DNA of 48,140 bases, counting the filler, from Catajapyx aquilonaris (Eukaryota), in the NCBI GenBank assembly GCA_000934665.2. It is 2 parts of 2 records of this genome, joined end to end, with 100 filler letters (N's around TTAATTAATTAA, not from the genome) between each part and the next. Parts side by side here need not be neighbours in the genome. Positions count along the whole stretch, not along the records: positions 24,124 to 48,140 come from KZ539379.1; 1 more part is not named here. One strand, written 5' to 3'. The stretch's first letter is position 1; every line of letters starts with the position of its first letter. The position numbers and the translations under genes are program-made. Positions 33,083 to 46,360 of this stretch are shown here, piece after piece. The notes beneath the pieces were generated by a model. It searched no databases and was not told the origin of the DNA. It worked only from the letters and a program-made list of their open reading frames with translations.

Positions 33083-36000
33083 TACCACTTCCCTCCATCT
33101 TCTCCAGGAACCAAACAGGGTCTACAATCATAACTTTTGGGGCAAGTGAGTTACGTGCAAGCGGAACTAATCCGAACTTAAGAGGTTTGTGGCAATGAAA
33201 AGACAAGGGATGAGAGAGGAATGGACGTGATAAAGGATAGGTCTCCGGAGACGTTTGCACGTGCGGCTGGTTGCCTTTGGAATCTTGAGATGGAATCGGA
33301 AGGCGCTCAGGCGAAGGATTAAACTCGGATGGTACACCCCCCCCATCTCCTTTTGCTCCATCTTGCCCACCAAAACTACTTCGCCGTTTATTCCCAGAGG
33401 TGGAGAAAAAGCGAAGCCTGCCAACCAACAGGAAAGGGTTTAATCACGGGAGAATTAACCTGCAGGCTACAGCATCCATTTAGGCCCAGTTCTATCTCGT
33501 TTTTTTTTTGGAGGGGTGGAGAGACTCTGAGGAATCAACTTTAGCCTCCATGGGCAGGATATTAATTTTTTTACGGCCAGGGTTAAAAAACCGGGTTCCC
33601 GCTTACACTCCCTGTGGAATTGTATGGGACCTCATTTTTGTTATAAAAAAAAACTTCCATTCACTCCAAATGATTTAGCATGCGAAACATGGCGCGTACG
33701 TAATATAAAATGAAGGAAAGGCGTCGCTTTAAAAAAAATTATGCCGGACTTTTTTTATGATAGGGATGGAAGCGAAACTGGGGCGAAATGAAGCGCGCAC
33801 TAACTTAGGCGCGATAAAACCTGGCTTTTGTTTTGAAATATTCACCGGAGAGTGAGCGAAGCGAGGGGCGTCATACTTAATGTGGCGTCATACTTAATGT
33901 GGCGTGATACATATCGAGCGTATGGTCTTGTCGATTACGTGGTGTCTTAGAACTTGAGTTACATCTTGGGTAAAAAATCGGCCATGAACTTCTCTAACCT
34001 AGGCGTGATTGGCCACCTCAGATGAGCCTCTAATGGCAAAAGGTGACGTCATTAGATGTATGTCTGCTTCGGAATTGAATGCCAAGGGAAAGGAAACCCT
34101 CGGAGGGGATGAACTTGCGATCCTCCCCCATTTGCTCAGGGGACTACTCGGTTTCTATTGGTGTCGTTAATGTGCGGTGATTCCGCCCTAATTTAAGCGA
34201 CGTTTTCCATTTTAAAAGGAGGGGCAGGAGGGGGGGGGACTTGAATATCTGGACCCATCTAAGTCGGGCTTAGATGCCTTAATGAGACCTAAGCCAGGCT
34301 TAATCCCTCACCTTAGAGACGCGCTTAGAGTTTGCCCTCAGTTAGAAGCGGATGTTGTCCACCAAAAATGTAAGGACAGTCCAGATTGTCTCATATATAC
34401 TTGTTAAAAAAATTGGTCTGACAGGTTGGATAAAAAAAAAGTCGTAAGAAATCATCATGGTTCTGGAACTAGTTCTGGGAGTAAAACCTAGGCACTTTTG
34501 ACTCTAACCAATTCCAATCTGCGGAAGTTTTTAGACGGAGATTTTCGCAGCAGTGCAATTTGCAGTTGGAATAACCCCACCATTTTTTTGGGACCGTTTT
34601 TCCTCTCTTTCGAAACTGGTGTCATAATTTCTGCTCGGAATTGAACCGGTCTCAAATAGCGGGAAATGGCAGGGGCTTGGATGGGGAAATATAGCATTGC
34701 CATAGTTTTTTATTACTGGTTATTACCATTCGAGTGCAGCCAGGTAAAGCATTAAAGAGGCAAATTCTTTTTACTAATGTGGCATAAAAACTGGGGGTGT
34801 TCAGACTGAATTGGCATATTAAGTTGTCTAGCTTTTAGAGGCTCATTGTGTCCATCTGTTCCCTGTTGAACTATTTGCCAATAATTATGATTTTGTGATA
34901 TTACAAATTATTTTTCCTGTTCACATTGCAGAGATAACGTTTATGACCCCATGTGGCAGGTTTCCCATCGCCCTCTTTTTGTGTTACTCCTTTGAAAAGA
35001 AACGCTGCTATCTTGCCAGCTACATCTTGTGATTGAAGTCGAATCACTCGAACATCCTAGATTTAGAGCCAAGCCAGCCAGAAGAATTTTGAAAGCAGCT
35101 TTTTGAGTCGCTCCCTGAAGCGTACAGTACACAACCCCCACTTCTTTTTGTTGTTGTTGTTTTGAAAAATCCCAAAGGAAACTTTCTTAGCTAAAGGCCA
35201 GTAAGATAAACCGTTGTGGTCCACGTGCCTCTCTTATTCTTGGTTGGGCTTCTCCATCAAACCCCCACAAACTAGGAAGGCCCATTCCTGCTCGTTTTGT
35301 ACGCCCCTCCAGCCCAAGGTGCGCCGTCATCTCGTGGGTTCCGATCAATTCAAGCCTTTTATAGAGAAGCCACCACCGCTCTCGGCTTGAATAGAAAATG
35401 CCTGGATAGGGGGGGGGGGGACCAGAGGCCGAGCTTCTTGGCTTCCACTAAATCTGCCTAACGTGTGCTATATCCATCGAATGTTACAGAACTATTCAAA
35501 TTAACATAATTAAGTCACTTGGCTACACACCCGATATTTGGTGCTGGAGATACCAGAAAAAAAGCAGGGTGTATAGAACTACACTTTAGAAGTAGTGGAA
35601 CGTAGCGAGTGGCACAATGCTAATTGACCACTGCATTGTTCCCACTCCGATCGATTACAACTGCCCCCAAGATGACCACTCCCGACCATTCCGCACTGCC
35701 CCTTACCATATGCACAACCCGCAGTATAAGAGAGACACCTGGGTCACCCACATGCCAGGATCACGATTACGGTAATGGTGAAGGAAGATCTAAAGTTCTC
35801 CAGAGAAGAAGNNNNNNNNNNNNNNNNNNNNNNNNNNNNNNNNNNNNNNNNNNNNNNNNNNNNNNNNNNNNNNNNNNNNNNNGGGGGGGCTTCCTGATTA
35901 TCATTCCGGCGCCTTTTCTGGCCTATAAATGCATGGGAGATTATTATAATAAGGGGATTAGTATTTTTGGAAGCGAAAGAGATCAAAGCTTTGATGTGTC

Positions 36001-36108
36001 TATTAAAAAGTTTTGGAAGAAGTTATTGAAACGCTACCTGCTACATTTTGCGATGTTGTTTCCGGTGGGCATGTTTTAAACATTACTATAGAGAAAGCAA
36101 TAACTTAC

Positions 36109-36301
36109 CTTTCCGATTATGGAGGCCTCTTTGGTCCCCAGTTTCCTTAGGAGACCAGGTGGTATTGGAGGTGGACTACGGTGTAATATCAGGCTGAATT
36201 CGCTACGGAAGTTGGAGGACGACATGGACGACACATCTTCTTCGCCTGAAGAATGTCGGCGACGTCTGTGTGACGATTGCAAATTCAATTTTTGCGCCGC
36301 C
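36109..36301 (-). CDS. KIF26: Internal exon of a kinesin-like protein KIF26 (kinesin-11; CG14535/VAB-8 related), immediately N-terminal to the motor domain
   Basis: Acceptor TTGATTTCAG; donor AAG|GTAAGT; phase 2 to 0. Translation (R)AAQKLNLQSSHRRRRHSSGEEDVSSMSSSNFRSEFSLILHRSPPPIPPGLLRKLGTKEASIIGK matches the KIF26A/B signature as recalled, RAAQKLNL...FSxIL..SPPPxPPxLLR...GK|VKV. Confidence 0.9.
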
Positions 36302-38479
36302 CTGAAATCAATTAGTAGCCAAATTACATTCTGCTTATTTATTTATGACTGTTGTATACCCTCGGCTGTTTTTATTATTATCAAGTTTCCCCCCTTTCTG
36401 TTCCATGGGAAATCAACCGAAAACGCCACGTCTGGGAGCCATCATAATCATTTTGGCCCCAACCAGTATTTACACGTGAACCCTCTTCGCCCGGGTAATA
36501 AGCGCTCGGGTAAAAAAAATAATTTGTAGAGCAATTTAAGTTGAACAGCGTGGAGCAAACATTTCTTCCTCAGTCGGAAGTTGTGACGATGGTGTTACTG
36601 GATGCTTTAAAAATAGGCAAGCTGTTAATTATGCCAGATTCGTTCAGGAACACTACAATATCCGGTTAGCATACCACGTTGGGCGCCATTGTGACGGATG
36701 GTATTTCGGATTAAACGTCTGATTTTCGTTTGTTCGGAGTGTCATTTCCGCTATGTACGATACGACCCTGAGAGTGGCAGCCCCCCCTTTTTTATTATTT
36801 TGAAACGTGTGGGGGATCCCCAGGAGAGATCGTGGGTCCCACTAGACTCATCCGGAGATCCTTCGGCGTTGCCAACTCCAGGCTTAATCAAGATGGATGG
36901 TGCTGGGAGGCGGACGCCACGTGTGATGACGACGCCTTTCGCTTTTCCTCCGGATATATTTGCTCACTCTCCCCTTTCTCTTCTACCCAAAACTCACTCC
37001 AACTGTCCTCGTCTCCACAACACTCTAATTCACACTCCTCCTCCATTATCCGGATCTCATCCTTCACTGGAAACCCCCCCGGAACATTTTTGCTATTTGG
37101 CAAGTTTTTTTTTGTAGCAAAATTTGCATTTTGATTTTGGGCAAAATAAGGGTGTGGTAATTATATTAATTCGGGCGGCGAACTATAATAGGATTTGCAC
37201 ATTGATGCGTGGAATTTATGCGTGTTTCTTGATGTTAACAATATTTCAGTAGGAATTTTTGGCAACTGGTGTCGTGTTTCGTAGGAAGAAAAAAAAAGTG
37301 CGAATTGATGAGATTTGGCATTGGAATGTGTCCCTAGGGTAGACTAGGGAGCTTCTGTGATTGCACAAGAGAGAAGGGGGGGAGGGATGATGGCGGAAGT
37401 GGGGAGAATGGTGGAGGGAGAGGGGAGGGGGACTAATCCTTCATTAGCATATTTCCCCACCTGATAGTCCCAGCGCCAAATTGACCTGGCAATGTTGCCA
37501 ATTTGAGTTTTCCCAGAGAGTGTTGACCACACTCCCTTTTTGCTCATTCATTTTCCAGGCCATTCTACATAAAACCATGTGTTGCAGACAGAAAGCCCTG
37601 AGGGTTTTTTGGGCGTAGTAAAACTTTAGGGGACACCAGCTTGGATTAATGGGGAAGGAAAGGGCGGAGCCAGAAAATATCAGGATATGTAAAATTTGTT
37701 TAAAAATTATGTATGTAGGCCCTACTGTACAGTCATGCGCATTCAATTATTGCAATTATGCAAGGCAGGTCCCCCCATTGTTTTCAGAGGTATCTCATTA
37801 CCCTCCCACATTATCACCGGCTTATTGACATTCGTTTTTCAAGCACTACTCTTCTCCCCCCCCCCCTCACTCGTAGCCAAAACTTTGCTCTATTTTAAAA
37901 TTCAAGTGTCCGGGAAATCAATAACTCCGGCGTATTTTCACTCACAAGTCCGGTTTTTCCGGGGGGGCTCCCCCCGAATTTTTTTGCAGTTCATTCCCAC
38001 TATTTGCACAGTGTTGGGGACCTGCATACATTGGCAAAAAAAAGTTAGTAACTCTGATTGCATCAATGGTAATACAAAGGCGAAATCCAGTTGGCGAGCG
38101 TACAGTTGGCTAGGCATCATTATTGCGCTGATAACAATGAGATTTAATTTCCATGGATGATATTAAGCTTCGGTGCAAACTTGGAATCGCATCCCGGGTT
38201 GCTGCATAGAGCGATTTTTTTTAAAAAAATGCGCTAATAACTGTGGGTTGGCGACACTATCATCGTCAGACACAAAGGACTATATTAGTGGGCCCAAAGG
38301 CTGCATTTTTATAGCGAGAGCTGATATTTAACGCCCGTTGGCACGAGCTATTATTTAAAACCTGTTTAAAAAAAAAAGCTGGCGGAAAAACAGTTTGTAC
38401 CACACCTACTAGGTAACAACAATGGAGGAAGAGCAGGTAAAATCTGCTTACTTAAAATAGCATAAGTTGTATAGCATGC

Positions 38480-38860
38480 AGGTTCTACCAATTGACGAGT
38501 CAGTTTTACCAATTTATGTGTTAACTATAATGTCATTGATCCATTATTTATTACTAATAATTTTAGTTATTTTTAGTAGGCCTACTCATTATTTATTAGT
38601 TATTTATAACTCATTTTATTTAATATTTATATTAAGATTTATTTACATAATACTAGTTTTATTTAATATTTGCAACACATTTATTTCATATTTATAACTC
38701 ATTTATTAATTTTTTATTAGTCTAATACTTTGAGAAGATATCGAAACAGTTGCTCATTGATTATTACTCGGCGTTACGTTTATTTATTTGTTAGTAATTA
38801 CTTACTAATTATTTATTAGGCCTTCTCATTTTATAACTCATTGTAGTTATTATTTTTATC
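38480..38860. repeat. AT-rich low-complexity region with degenerate internal repeats
   Basis: TTAT/ATTT-dominated; repeated TAGGCCT.CTCATT, ATAACTCATT and TTTGAGAAGATATC. Confidence 0.7.
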
Positions 38861-40199
38861 AGCTAGTTTGAGAAGATATCCAAAAAGTTGCTGCCGGATT
38901 GAAACTTCAATGACTGTTTGGAACAGGTATAGCCTATATTTCTGGATTCGCCGCTAGATGGTTCACAGTAGGTGGCGACATCTACCGGCAGAGTCAGACA
39001 TTGCAGCTCGTTGAACTCTCCCAGCTACTTCTTATCAAAATGAAACCCGACCGCCGTATATCAAACAATTCAATTAAGGCCTAACAATATGTTCTCTCCA
39101 GGGCTCGGGTCCCGGGATTTCCACACGTCTCCCGAAGTTACATCGCGAATAGAACAAAGAGAATGATTGTTCAGCTTTCATCCCACCCTCTACCCCCCCT
39201 CACACAAGAACATACTGGAAAAAAAGAGCTCTAGATTGAAATTGATGATCCGATGTGTGCAAGGTTGGCAACCATGGCTGGCAACTTTGATTAATCGCGG
39301 GGCCCCCAACTCGCGTTCCATGGCTTCTTGCGGCTTCCGAAAACATTCCGCCATGAAATAATTGTCATAATTCTGCGGGCGCAACCCGGAAAAGGAGTGA
39401 AGGCAGGGGAGGAATAATTGCAGCTTCTAAAACTTTAACTCCCCCTTTTTTTTTTTAAACAATCATTTCGAGCAAAAGCTTTGTCCACACTTCTCCGATA
39501 AAACGAGCCCGAATCGGTTTCGCCAAGTTCAGCACATTGCGAAATTACAATCCTCATTAATTAGGTTTGTTGTACTTTTTTTTTTGTGTGCTTCAACTTT
39601 TAAAGGTCGAAACTTTTTTTTAAATTAGCACCCAATTTGCCCTTTGAGAAGTGACGCCGGATTATTTTCTTACAGGGGATGATTTGTCTGGAAAAGTTCG
39701 CAAAAAACCGGTCCTATAAAATAAAGCCAGGGCTTGTTGGCTTAATCCTACTAAATACAATAATATTAACCGCATATTCATGCAGTAGATTTCATTATAA
39801 TGAGCGTAACGTATGCGTAGCCTTTCGTTGAGTATCGATGGGCTTACACAGCGTTTTTGCATACGCCGATTAAAAAAATAATAATTGGGAACCATTCTGA
39901 TAATCATCATTTAAAACCCAGCCTTTATTAAAGAGCAGGGCTTTAAAATCAATCCATATTTTATTTATTTTTTTAAACTCGGTGTGCCGCATCGGATTTC
40001 AAATGCACATATTGTGCGACCCATATATTTAGACACAAAATAATAATATTGACATTAAAGAGATCAAAGCGGGCATTACACTGATGAAATTCAGAAATAG
40101 GATAACGAGTATCGCATATATTTTGGATCGATAACAATGCACAAAACCGGAGGGTGGCAATGGACCTTCCTAAAGGTTCAATCCCCAATCATTGCATTG

Positions 40200-40850
40200 T
40201 TTTAAATGAATAAATGAAACAAATGAAATGTTTGATAAAGTAAAGAGAGGAATCAAACAAATTATAATATATTAATTATACAGATAAAAATAAATTGCAC
40301 ACATAAACCGAATAAATAAAATTAATGAGTTAAAAATACACCGAATGAATAAAATTAATGAGATAAAAATACACCGAATGAATAAAATTAATGAGATAAA
40401 AATACACCGAATGAATAAAATTAATGAGATAAGTACATTAATTAGATGAATTAAATAACTATATTAAATAAAACAAATGAGAGACAAATTACACCAATTA
40501 ATTAACTGAAATTAGACAAAATCATAAAGGAATACATTAATTAGATTAACAAAAATTAATGAAAATTAATGTGAATGAAATTAATAAAATAAACAAATCA
40601 AATAAATTTATATATTGATTATTATCATACACATGAAATAAAATAAATTATAAAATAAGACAAAAGTAATCAAATGAAATTAATATTATAAATAAAATAA
40701 ATTAGGAATAATACAAATAAGTCAAAATAAAATAAAATAAATTAGAAATCATACAAATGAATCAAAACATAGTAAAATAAATAAATCAACAAATTAGTCA
40801 AAATAAAAATAAAATAAATAAGAAAACGAGAAAAATAAATAAATAAAATT
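40200..40850. repeat. A-rich low-complexity tract containing a 33-bp tandem repeat (about 40305-40432)
   Basis: CCGAATGAATAAAATTAATGAGAT at 40341, 40374 and 40407, plus a degenerate copy near 40308. Confidence 0.85.
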
Positions 40851-43310
40851 GGACAGTGGCGGCCCCACCCTACAACATGTATCAGTTGTTTGATTCTATT
40901 GGATGAATTGTTGAGACCCATTGTTGTCATTGTGACGTCACTTCAATGGTGAAAAAGTAAGGCGAGTGCGGTCGACACCTCTTCTCCCAAGTTGCGAGAA
41001 ACAGACCCCCTTGTAACATACCCTGTCAACGTTAGTGTTTAATTACACAGAGGCAAGTTTTGAGCCCAGCTGCCGCTCGCATTTGTCATGGGAGTTAGCT
41101 TCTCCCATAGTGTTCAAGTCAGAGGGCGGGGGAGGAGGAGGAGGACAACATGCACAAGAACCATGGGGGCGGGGGTTGGGGTTTTGCTGGGGCCCCCCTC
41201 CGGATGGCTCACGTCAACCCACTTCTCTGCCTGTTTACCTATACACCCCACCATTCCTCAGCCCCTCAGCTCCCCAAAAAACAAATGGGGAATTCCACGT
41301 GCCCTTCACTTACATCCTTTGTCACCTTCAAAAATAATTAGACGCTCTTTCGCCTACCTGACGCGCCCCGCAATCACTTGTTGTGATGTGGCCTACCCCG
41401 CCTAGCCACGCGGTACATTAGTCTTGTCGAGGGTGTGGGTTCCAGGCTTGACCAGTGCTCAAAATAATTATTACCAAAAAATTTAGAAAATTGATTAGAA
41501 AATATTTAAGAGAGCGAACCTTGCTCTATAATGAGTTTTAATAAATTGGACAGGCCCGATGTGATCCGTGACAACATTCATGTGTATCTCGCGACAATGT
41601 AGGGTAGGCTCCACCCCCCAATTTCTTCTCGAAAACCGTTTTCAAATTTCCTGCTTATGAAGTTAGAGGCGGGGTAACTTGTGAAGGGGGTGCAGCAGCC
41701 CTCAGGAGAGGGTGTGGAAGTGGAAAAATGAAGCTGGGAAGGAGAAGTGAGAAATGTTGCGAGCGGGTGTCCTGGTAATAAACGCAGGGGAAAGAAGGAA
41801 GGGGGGGGGGAGAAGAAGAAGAAGGCAACAACTCTCTCCATAAGGCACAGCCACGTGCCTTCAGGCCACTAAAAAAAATTCTAATAAATATGTACTGAAA
41901 GGGAAGAAATGTATCCCATTACACATATTTATTATTGTAATAATTATTTGTATTCAAAAGCATGTCAGGGGTCGAATTCCTCCAGGGTGTGTTTGACCTC
42001 TCCCATTACGGCAAGTGGTCAACTTTTATGATATTCAGACGGCGGCCATATTGAAACACCAGAAAAGTTTCTCTCTTTCAAAAAAATAGGATAAGCTGGA
42101 ATTTCTCCCAAATGATGAATAGATACAGGGAAATGTATTTGCAGCTGGCTGAGCCTCCAAAAAGCCAACTCCCTCGGGTCCAAGTTGATGGTGAGCGTCG
42201 ATTCCAGCCGTCAACACGGCCAAAGAGAAAAATGGCCGTGCTCCAGCAAGCAGCTAAAGGGAGGATTCCGCACCTTTTCTTCTTTCTAACCCATTTTTTT
42301 TTGTGAGGGAAAACAACATCCTAAGGATGAGACCTGTATGCAGATTAGACGAGCCATTGCTGTACACCGCAACTTAAAATGCTAATGCAATTAAGCCATC
42401 ATTTTGTTTCCCACGCCATGTTGCCGGGCTTCCGGGTTTTACTGAAAATGCTATAACCAGCACCAGGGGTTCATAAAACACACCTGCGCATAGGGATGTA
42501 AGTTACAGATTACATGTAATGAAACCGCCCAATCCCCTTTTTCTCTAGTGGCTCACATTAAAGGCATTTATAGTGAAGAGGGCATGTGGCTTACAAAGTT
42601 GTGCGCCTTAAGCCATTAACATCCATAAATACGTCAGAGTTAAAATATGAGGCTGTTCAACCGTAGCTAAAATATGGCAGCCATATTTTATTGGACCAAA
42701 AATGGCTGAACGTATGAAGGTTGGGGTCGCCATGTTTGGTCCGTAGATTCGAACCAGCACCTTTAGTCTCACCCTGTATCCTTTATAGCCCGTCTCCAAA
42801 GTGGACCCTAGAGTTGACTCCACACAATAACAGCATATGCAATTTCGTGAGCGCTTGGTAACGGCCCCCCCAAAACCTAGCTCCTAAACTAAAGTGCACT
42901 TATTGTCCAGAGGCCTTCAATTACACGGTCACACTTTGGTGCCTGCTGCCTGCCCGCCAGAATACATGTTTGTGGAGCCTGTTATCAAAGGAGCAATTTC
43001 CAACCACCAAATGTTCCTGCCTGCCTGGTGTATACACCGACACCCTCTTGGAACCCACCGCCTTGTTGATCCTGCCTCTGTTGTGTGTACACACGGTACA
43101 TGCGAATTACCCGAATTATAACGCTGCGGAGTGGCTTTCACTTTACACCACCACCTGTAAATGCGGCTGACTTTACGCCGATTTAAACGCGTTTAATACT
43201 CTGGGTTCAAAATGGACGCGTCTATACCCGGAAGAGTGCTATGGACTCAAAATGGCGCCGCCCATAGACGGAAATAGTTGTTTTCGGACTCAAAATGGCA
43301 CCCACCTCAA

Positions 43311-43710
43311 AAGGGACACTCCACTCAAAAAACAAGTTTGGCTCTAAAAATCGGGCAAAAAATCCTGAATCCGACGGTGCAATTCGTTTTTTGCTACGCG
43401 GAACGGTAATCCCAGGGCGAGGTGTCAAAGTGTGTCGTCTGCTAATGAGCGGCGCCGCCACGCGGGGAACAGGGGAACTGGAGGGCTGCACCGCTCTGGG
43501 ATGGGCCTAAGCGAGCGGGCAGGCGGGAGCAGCCCTCCAGTTCCCAAGGTCCCGAGGGCGTCGCTGGCGGACGGCCAGCTTCTAGCGCACTATTTGAATT
43601 TCCCCACTTCGACCCCTCGACCTGGGATTACCGTTCCTCGTAGCGAAAAACGGATTGCACCTTCGGATTCAGGATTTTTTGGCCGATTTTTAGAGCCACA
43701 CTTGGTCCCC
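43311..43710. mobile_element. MITE with ~100-bp inverted arms and Kolobok-like termini
   Basis: 43333-43431 (CAAGTTTGGCTCTAAAAATCGG...GGAACGGTAATCCCAGG) is inverted at 43605-43704. Ends are AAGGGACACT... and ...GTCCCC|TTAA; the left TSD is degenerate (TCAA). Confidence 0.7.
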
Positions 43711-45764
43711 TTAAACAATTTACAGCCACGTTTGGGCACAAGTTGGGAAGAAAATCAGTAGATAGTGCATGGTTCCATCCGAAGCGTTTTAATATGATCA
43801 ACGAATATAATTGGCGGATAGGAGCTGCGGCTAGGCATGTTGTAATCCAGTAAAAACACAGATTAGGGTCTAGAAAAATACTAATAAAAAATAGGTGGCG
43901 GTGTAAAATGGCGGCGGGGGAATCCGTCGCCAAGTCCCGCAAATTAAAAACGCTAATTACATTGTGAAGGCCCCCAAATCCCTGCAGACAGGAGGCTTTT
44001 GATGAGGAAGGTAGCAAGGCTTAAAATGGGATTTGCTAAGCTGAAGTAGAGCCATGGGTCCGATGGGTACTATCCATGGAGAGAGAAAAAATATATATGG
44101 GATTGTTAGGGGGTACGATGTGCAAGGTTTGGCCCCGGGGCCGATTCCCCCCAATGCACTCCGGCAATCTCTTCAAAAGAGCTTGGCATTTCACACGGGC
44201 AGACGCGTACAGGATTTACAGGAGGATTGTTAATCGATTAAATGCGTTTCCAAGTCGTAGTAAATTGTGAGCTGGAGCATGAAGATGATAGGGAACAGCA
44301 TGACTGTCCACGTAGTACCATATCTTTCATATAGATGACTGTATTTTTGTTGATTACAAAGTACCACCTCCAAGTCGGTACAGTATAGTCAAACTTAGAA
44401 GCAGGCCATGTTTACGTAGCCCTCAGATACATAAAACCGACATAACTTCCTCTAGAGCTACTTTGCATGTCCGCATTTTCCGCATCATATCCTCCTAACG
44501 TTCCACGTCCATTTTCAGACTTTTTAGCCGCCCAAAAATAAGCTCGTTATTTGCTTATTAGTGGTTGCGACCCTATGATAAAAAGGGGGGTAATGGTGTG
44601 GTCCAAAGTGGTTTGAAAAGTTTCTTAATTTTTGGTAGTGGGGATATAAAAAACGAATTTTGAGGCGAATATTTTGGAACGTATAGTATACCCTATACGA
44701 GTATAGCAAGATGGATTTTTTTTTTTGGTAGGAAGAAGTGGCAGGAAAAAGATGGGGGAATGGATGCTGGAGATGAGATAGGAGGACACATAGGGGAGTT
44801 CCAAATCATGAGAAGGGCGGCCCCTTGCCATGACTTTGATTTCACTTTGTCACCCGTCAAAAAAAAACGTCTGCCCCTAGACACCGCAACTTGTCAGGAC
44901 NCCCCCCCCCCCCAAAAAAAAAGTTTGAATCAGCTATTTCCACTCCACTCCACAGATTCCATCAGCCAAATAAGATGACCATCGGACAATTTCGAGGAAA
45001 ATTGCAATCTACCCAAAAAGGGCTAAAAGTTTGCACTCTAATTTGGCCTGAAGGTAATATCCATACCAATCACTTATATCTGATTGGAGTCGGATCGAAA
45101 CGAGGTGATGGTGAAGAATAACCCTGAGGGCTCCTTGGAAGAAGATGGGTGTTGAGCTAAACTTCCTCGAGTGATGAATAGTAATTAGCAAGAAAAAGGA
45201 GTCAAGCCCTTAATGAAGTCTAGAGGATGGTTGGGGGAGGGGGGGGGGATATGCTAACCGCATCCTAAGGAAAAGCGTGTGCCATTGGAGCAATGTTGGA
45301 AGGCAGTAAATTAAAAGCCCAAGTGTGGCAGGTTACAAAGGGGGGTGCCTTTTGAGTTGAGAGGTGGAAAGGCCTAGGGGGGGAGGGGGGGAGGGAAGAA
45401 TAAATAACTGGGGAGGAGGGAATGTAGCAAAGTGCCTTCTAGAGGTTTTGCGGGGATCGTATACGTCGCTTAGTTATTTTCACTGGGATAAGGACGGAGA
45501 GGATGCCAGCCACACAATATAAACCTCCCTATGGCACTAACCTTTCACCCTCAAAATAGTTCGGCATCCCCGGATTGTCAGCCATTCGAATTGTCATCCA
45601 CGAATTTAACTGGCTACCCGATACTTCCTCTCCAGTCGGATGCCACACATTTTACAGTATTTGCTACCTACATATTTGAAGAGGAAAATATCTCAGTACA
45701 TTCCATACCAATTATGTGTCTAAAGTAGCCAAAATCTGCTCAAAATCCCATCATTTCCACTTCC

Positions 45765-46360
45765 CAACTAATATAACTAATATAATGTAATTAGTATCAT
45801 ATAACTAATAAAATATAATTGATAAATTTAGCCAATATAACCAATAAAATATAACGACATTTTAACAAATGAAATATAACGACATAATTTAACCAATATA
45901 ATACTGATAGAATAAAACCAATAAAAATAACTGATATTATAAAACCATATAATACTGGTATAATAAAACTAATAAAAATAACAGATATTATAAAACCAGT
46001 ATAATACTGGTATAATAAAACCAATAAAATAACTGATATTATAAAACAATAAAAATAACTGAGATACAGTAAAACCAATATACGGTAGCATAATACTAAC
46101 TAATATAGATTAACTGATATAACTGATATAGATTAACTAATACCATACCACATAACTGATATAACTGATATAGATTAACTAATACCATACCACATAACTG
46201 ATATAAATTAACTAAAACCATACAGTATAACTAATATCACACAATCCTATGCCTATAACTAATATATCACACAATACTATACGTATAAGGTATAACTACT
46301 AATAATCACACAATACTATACGTATAATTAATATCACACATTACGTACAACTAATATAAT
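45765..46360. repeat. AT-rich degenerate tandem repeats (ATAACTGATAT / AAACCAATA / CACACAATACTAT units)
   Basis: Read directly from the sequence. Confidence 0.85.

Noticed and set aside
35812..35881. ORFs spanning the N run
   Set aside because: Artefacts of translating through an assembly gap.
36119..36529. 136-aa plus-strand ORF with Cys pairs
   Set aside because: Antisense to the KIF26 exon, which has the splice sites and the homology.
40140..40190. GGTTCAATCCC B-box-like motif (tRNA or SINE)
   Set aside because: No A-box at a suitable distance and no cloverleaf could be built.
42894..43170. Cys/His-rich short ORFs
   Set aside because: No recognisable domain spacing and no consistent splice sites.
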